Positions 28,531 through 32,000 of a stretch of 32,000 bases of DNA are shown here, in pieces. The position numbers and the translations under genes are program-made. This DNA is from Promethearchaeota archaeon (GTDB lineage: Archaea > Asgardarchaeota > Hermodarchaeia > Hermodarchaeales > Hermodarchaeaceae): NCBI GenBank assembly GCA_048938295.1, contig JBHLMI010000007.1, positions 30,001 to 62,000 of the forward strand, read 5' to 3'. The first letter of the stretch is position 1; every line of letters starts with the position of its first letter. Under the pieces are notes generated by a model that worked only from the letters and a program-made list of their open reading frames with translations, ran no database searches and had not been told where the DNA came from.

Positions 28531-28636
28531 GGCTCAGTGGCCTAGAAGTTACCTCCTTGTGGGTATCTGGGCAGACTGGTGGGGCACCTGACTGATAATC
28601 AGGTGGTCGCGGGTTCAAATCCCGTCTGAGCCACCA
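28531..28636 (+). tRNA. tRNA-Ile(GAT) with a 29-nt D-loop intron (about 15/16)
   Basis: GGCTCAG/CTGAGCC plus ACCA, anticodon arm CCTGA-CTGATAA-TCAGG. Removing 28546-28574 restores the D arm. Confidence 0.9.
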
Positions 28637-29199
28637 TTTCCTTTTTCTAATTCATTCTTCAAGATCCTTGAATCATTGGATTCAGAGAAGATGCGTGTTT
28701 GAAGGTATTCACTGAGTACTGTTAATGCGTAGCTGGCTAGACGAGAGTTTTCGCATTCTGGGTTCCTATACCTTTGAAGTTGTGCCGCGTTAAGAATCCG
28801 ATTTAAGGTGATGAAAACGTCGCGTGAATCATTTACAAGAAGCGAGATACGATCTTCGGGTACATCGATTTGCTCCTTTAAAGAAATGCGCCCTCTGCGG
28901 CCTTCATCAACAAATAGAATCAAAAAAAGAATTGCTGCAGTAGCTGTAATAGTGTACCGCATTGGAACAGACAAGAAAGAAGGTGGAACATAGTTAACCG
29001 TGATTAAGATAAGTAGCTCTGACCCAGCAAAGCTAATCGCAACTATGGCTAAACCAAGAAGGGAGAATATTGCACGAATACGACGGCGAGCATATTTGTC
29101 TTTTATTATGGTATCAATGAATAGGAATTCACCAATGAGTGGATAAAGCAGGAAGAGTAGCGTTGCTCGCATTCCAGAAACTGGCTTAGGTTGGTCCAT
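28615..29199 (-). CDS. Hypothetical membrane protein (about 3 TM segments plus a soluble C-terminus)
   Basis: 194-aa ORF with hydrophobic N-terminal segments that fills the gap between tRNA-Ile and OSTC. No family recognised. Confidence 0.65.
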   Translation of the reverse strand: MDQPKPVSGMRATLLFLLYPLIGEFLFIDTIIKDKYARRRIRAIFSLLGLAIVAISFAGSELLILITVNYVPPSFLSVPMRYTITATAAILFLILFVDEGRRGRISLKEQIDVPEDRISLLVNDSRDVFITLNRILNAAQLQRYRNPECENSRLASYALTVLSEYLQTRIFSESNDSRILKNELEKGNGGSDGI

Positions 29200-29307
29200 A
29201 AACTAATCCCGTTCTCACCACTTGGCTATCGTAAAGGATACGATAGTAAAGAATATATAGCGTTCGTATGGTCTATTTCAAAACCACTCGCATGCTTTGG
29301 TGAATAG

Positions 29308-29733
29308 ATGTCAGATCTTTGGTGGCCAAAATTTGTCCGTAAACCACGGTTAAAACTCCGTCGACCGAGGTTTGGTGAAATTCGTCTACCCTCAAAGTGG
29401 ATACTATTTGCTGTCGTGTTAGTAGTCTACTATTTTGTTGTAAGTGGAGGAATGTTTGTTCTCTCCTATGAAACACCTCCTTTCATTACGATATCAGGCA
29501 GAGCAATTCCATATTACCCCGGACTAAACCGCCAAGTTTTGATAGAAGGAATCGTCGGTGGCGCACTTTTCTTTCTTGGATTTGTAGGCTTCTACTTAAT
29601 TTACCAAAGCACACGGAACATTTACCGACCACGATATGCACAGATGATGCTGGCAATCGGAATAGTAACTATCCTAATATCCTTCTTTGGTTGTCAGTGG
29701 CTTATCGCGGCGAAGTTAGCGTTATTAGGATAA
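29308..29733 (+). CDS. OSTC/DC2-like oligosaccharyltransferase subunit (OST3/OST6 family TM region)
   Basis: KPRLKLRRP...LPS, YYFVVSGGMF, PP, QVLIEGIVGGALFFLGFVGF; three TM helices ending in AKL. Matches the recalled OSTC pattern. Confidence 0.8.
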   Translation: MSDLWWPKFVRKPRLKLRRPRFGEIRLPSKWILFAVVLVVYYFVVSGGMFVLSYETPPFITISGRAIPYYPGLNRQVLIEGIVGGALFFLGFVGFYLIYQSTRNIYRPRYAQMMLAIGIVTILISFFGCQWLIAAKLALLG

Positions 29734-29780
29734 ATCCAAGAAAAGCTAGATTGCAATTTAGGTACCTAATCAGTTTTGAT

Positions 29781-30356
29781 TTACCATGGTTCCTGTTTCA
29801 GCCCAATGAGATAGCCGATGATATTTGCCGCCAGATGTATAATCGGGGTTAGAATCACCATGAAGATGGCAAGAACCCAATGAATTGGCGTTATGAGAGC
29901 ACCCAAAAGCATTGCCCCTATAAGAAAATCAAGCTGATCAAGTAGGGGGGCAGGTCGCCCTCGAGCAATCATAAATCGCCGTTTAATAAATGAGCCTACG
30001 AGATCACCTACAAGAGCACCGAGTGCCACCAGGATTACAAGTGGCAGAGTAATCAATACGATAGGAACAAGTTCTGGAGGAAGATATACGTACTGTACAA
30101 TAATGGAGAGAAGAATTGGAGCGGTCACGATTTGGAGTAGGCCAATTAGCACACCTGCTACAAATCCAACAATAAAACCTTCCCATGTCTTTCCGGGACC
30201 GAAGACTGGTTGACCGTCTTCAAGAATCCTACCTCCATCAATCGTGTGACGTGGTCTGATGAATTTACCAAATACTGCGAAGCCATTTGCCACATAAGTG
30301 GGAAGAAAATACCAAAAGCCGAGAAGAAGTAGAATTGGGTGAAACATCGCAGTCAC
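29781..30356 (-). CDS. carS: CDP-archaeol synthase
   Basis: LPTYVAN, IDGG, FGPGKTWEGF, GDLVGSFIKRR, PLLDQLDF, LKQEPW. Confidence 0.94.
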   Translation of the reverse strand: MTAMFHPILLLLGFWYFLPTYVANGFAVFGKFIRPRHTIDGGRILEDGQPVFGPGKTWEGFIVGFVAGVLIGLLQIVTAPILLSIIVQYVYLPPELVPIVLITLPLVILVALGALVGDLVGSFIKRRFMIARGRPAPLLDQLDFLIGAMLLGALITPIHWVLAIFMVILTPIIHLAANIIGYLIGLKQEPW

Positions 30357-30359
30357 TTT

Positions 30360-31040
30360 TCATGCTGATCTAAATCCGGATGACTGTAGGTTCATCATCA
30401 AGATTATTGGTTCACGGATTTTCTCTTTGATTAACTTAAATTCTCTGTAACCCTTCGACTCCGCCCGAGTTATTTGCAGAATATAGGTGCTCCAATATGA
30501 TGTAACTGATTCAGCAACTGGTAAAAAATGGTTTCTGTCTTCAATGTCCCCACGAACCTGGTTTATCATGATTACTGAAAACCCTGATGAGCGAGCAGCA
30601 CTAACGATCAGACCTAATTGTTGATTCAATTTGCGATTCAATATCACATTATTCGTTCCGTATTCTTTACGGTAGTGAGATACAATTGTGTCAAACACTA
30701 ACAGCTTGGTATCAGAAGTGAGTATTGAATCAAGTTGAGAAACAAAGTTTGCTTGTTCTATGAAATTAGTGGGTGACACTATGGAAATTAACGGGGAAAT
30801 CGAATCGAAGTCAGTAGGAGTCATCTGTTTTAATCGAAGAATCGGAAACTTTCCCTCTGAATTGACATAGATTACTCTGTTTCCCTTTCGAGCAACATTT
30901 ATCGAAAATTGTAGGGCTAACGTAGTTTTTCCTACGCCACCAGGTCCAAAAACTTGAAGAACCTCGCCTTCATTAAGCCCGCCTCCTAAGACTTCATCCA
31001 AAGATATTGCACCCGATTGGAGTGGCTTAATTGTAGACAT
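30360..31040 (-). CDS. radB: RadB-like RecA-family ATPase (RadA paralog)
   Basis: SLDEVLGGG, Walker A GPGGVGKT, Walker B LLVFDT, HYRKE, INQV. No N-terminal HhH domain. Confidence 0.75.
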   Translation of the reverse strand: MSTIKPLQSGAISLDEVLGGGLNEGEVLQVFGPGGVGKTTLALQFSINVARKGNRVIYVNSEGKFPILRLKQMTPTDFDSISPLISIVSPTNFIEQANFVSQLDSILTSDTKLLVFDTIVSHYRKEYGTNNVILNRKLNQQLGLIVSAARSSGFSVIMINQVRGDIEDRNHFLPVAESVTSYWSTYILQITRAESKGYREFKLIKEKIREPIILMMNLQSSGFRSA

Positions 31041-31105
31041 GCCCGAGACACCAGAGATTCATTAAATTCAATGAATTTGTTATTTTTAATGAAGTAGAAG
31101 AGGAT

Positions 31106-32000
31106 TCATGTAACTGAATAGAAGTTCTTTAGGTGAGTATAAAGTACTCCTTCAGCGTCATTTGAGCCCCTTAAGTGTTCGTTTATCCATTTGGGGAGCA
31201 AACGTTTGCAAGCTGGCGTAGCATAACGGTCATCTAAAAATACAATCGCACCCCTGTCCTCAAGTGTGCGAACTGAACGCCCTGCTGCCTGAGACGCGGT
31301 TCGCAGAGCAGGCAGTTGGTACCCATATAACCGACCCTTCTGAGGAAATTGGCTTTCAAGGTACGCGATTCGAGTCGCCTCCTTTGGAGTAGGCTTTGCG
31401 TAAGGAACCCCAACAATCACTACCGTCTCCATCTCATTCCCCGGATAATCCTCCCCCTCACTGTTCCTCCCGCCAAGGACCCCAATAAGCATGGCACCGT
31501 CATGAGCTTTGCGTTTAAACTTCTGAATTAAGGAATCGTTTTCGCTCGAAGACAACTTCGGTTTCTCAATGAATAGTTCCCGATTAGATACCTCATCTAA
31601 ACCAGCATCAAGAAGAGATTGTAGTACCGAGTATGATGGAACAAAAACACCAACGTTATGGGGTGTAGCCTGGCAAACCTCTAGAACTCGGCGATTAATT
31701 TTTTTGTACATTTGAGGCGTTCTGTATTTCATGGCCGTTGTGACTCCAAGACTGATTATTGGGAAAATTTGGTTCTGAGTAAAAGGAAAAGGTAAATTGA
31801 GAACCACCGTTTTTTTCGGTAAACCAACAAGATCAATATGGGCACTTGTTGGCTCCAAGGTCCCCGATAAATGAACCGAAGAATAGCAAGATTTCAGAAT
31901 CGAAGTAGTTGCTATACGCGGGTCTAATGCAACTACTTCAAGATATGTAGGCGTATGATTTGGTTTATTTTGGATAATGAAGAAGGCTGCATCTTTTCTT
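31106..32000 (-). CDS. XPD/Rad3-like helicase, C-terminal part; 5' end beyond the window
   Basis: Frame stays open to 32000 (HLSGTLEP). Also VFVPSY, GGRNSEGEDY, VVIVGVPY, QAAGRSVR...DRGAIVFLDDRY. Confidence 0.92.
   Translation of the reverse strand, partial: RKDAAFFIIQNKPNHTPTYLEVVALDPRIATTSILKSCYSSVHLSGTLEPTSAHIDLVGLPKKTVVLNLPFPFTQNQIFPIISLGVTTAMKYRTPQMYKKINRRVLEVCQATPHNVGVFVPSYSVLQSLLDAGLDEVSNRELFIEKPKLSSSENDSLIQKFKRKAHDGAMLIGVLGGRNSEGEDYPGNEMETVVIVGVPYAKPTPKEATRIAYLESQFPQKGRLYGYQLPALRTASQAAGRSVRTLEDRGAIVFLDDRYATPACKRLLPKWINEHLRGSNDAEGVLYTHLKNFYSVT

Noticed and set aside
28047-28618. Minus-strand ORFs 28047-28373 and 28277-28618
   Set aside because: Antisense shadows of valS, tRNA-Ala and tRNA-Ile.
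1-32000. Opposite skews at the two ends read as a replication terminus or origin
   Set aside because: The skews are local patches with a neutral middle; no ORB repeats or cdc6 were seen.
1-32000. CRISPR array, transposase, integrase or att-site duplication at the tRNAs
   Set aside because: No regularly spaced repeats, recombinase motifs or duplicated tRNA 3' ends were found by eye.

Overview
Archaeal housekeeping region, probably from an Asgard archaeon; the taxonomy is inferred from an OSTC/DC2-like gene and other eukaryote-like OST candidates. All family calls come from motif recognition by eye, with no database search. Left to right: PolD large subunit (partial, missed by the ORF track, carrying a LAGLIDADG intein), dolichol-kinase-like protein, GIFT-domain membrane protein, GT2 glycosyltransferase, Elf1, RPA, Lhr helicase, a 35-aa OST4-like micro-ORF, SWS1-like SWIM protein, metallophosphoesterase, tRNA-Pro(CGG) with three introns, HTH regulator, A/V-ATPase F and A (A carries an intein), a PhoU-like regulator, ATPase B, tRNA-Gly(CCC) with a T-loop intron, a candidate box C/D sRNA, cofE-like gene, folP, gcvT, wHTH protein, pyrH, aRF1, valS, tRNA-Ala(CGC), tRNA-Ile(GAT) with a D-loop intron, a membrane hypothetical, OSTC-like, carS, radB-like and an XPD-like helicase (partial). 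No CRISPR array, transposase or integrase was seen. The most interesting signals are the non-canonical tRNA introns, the C/D sRNA predicted to guide Cm34 of tRNA-Leu(CAA), the OST4-like micro-protein and two local G/C-skew patches.
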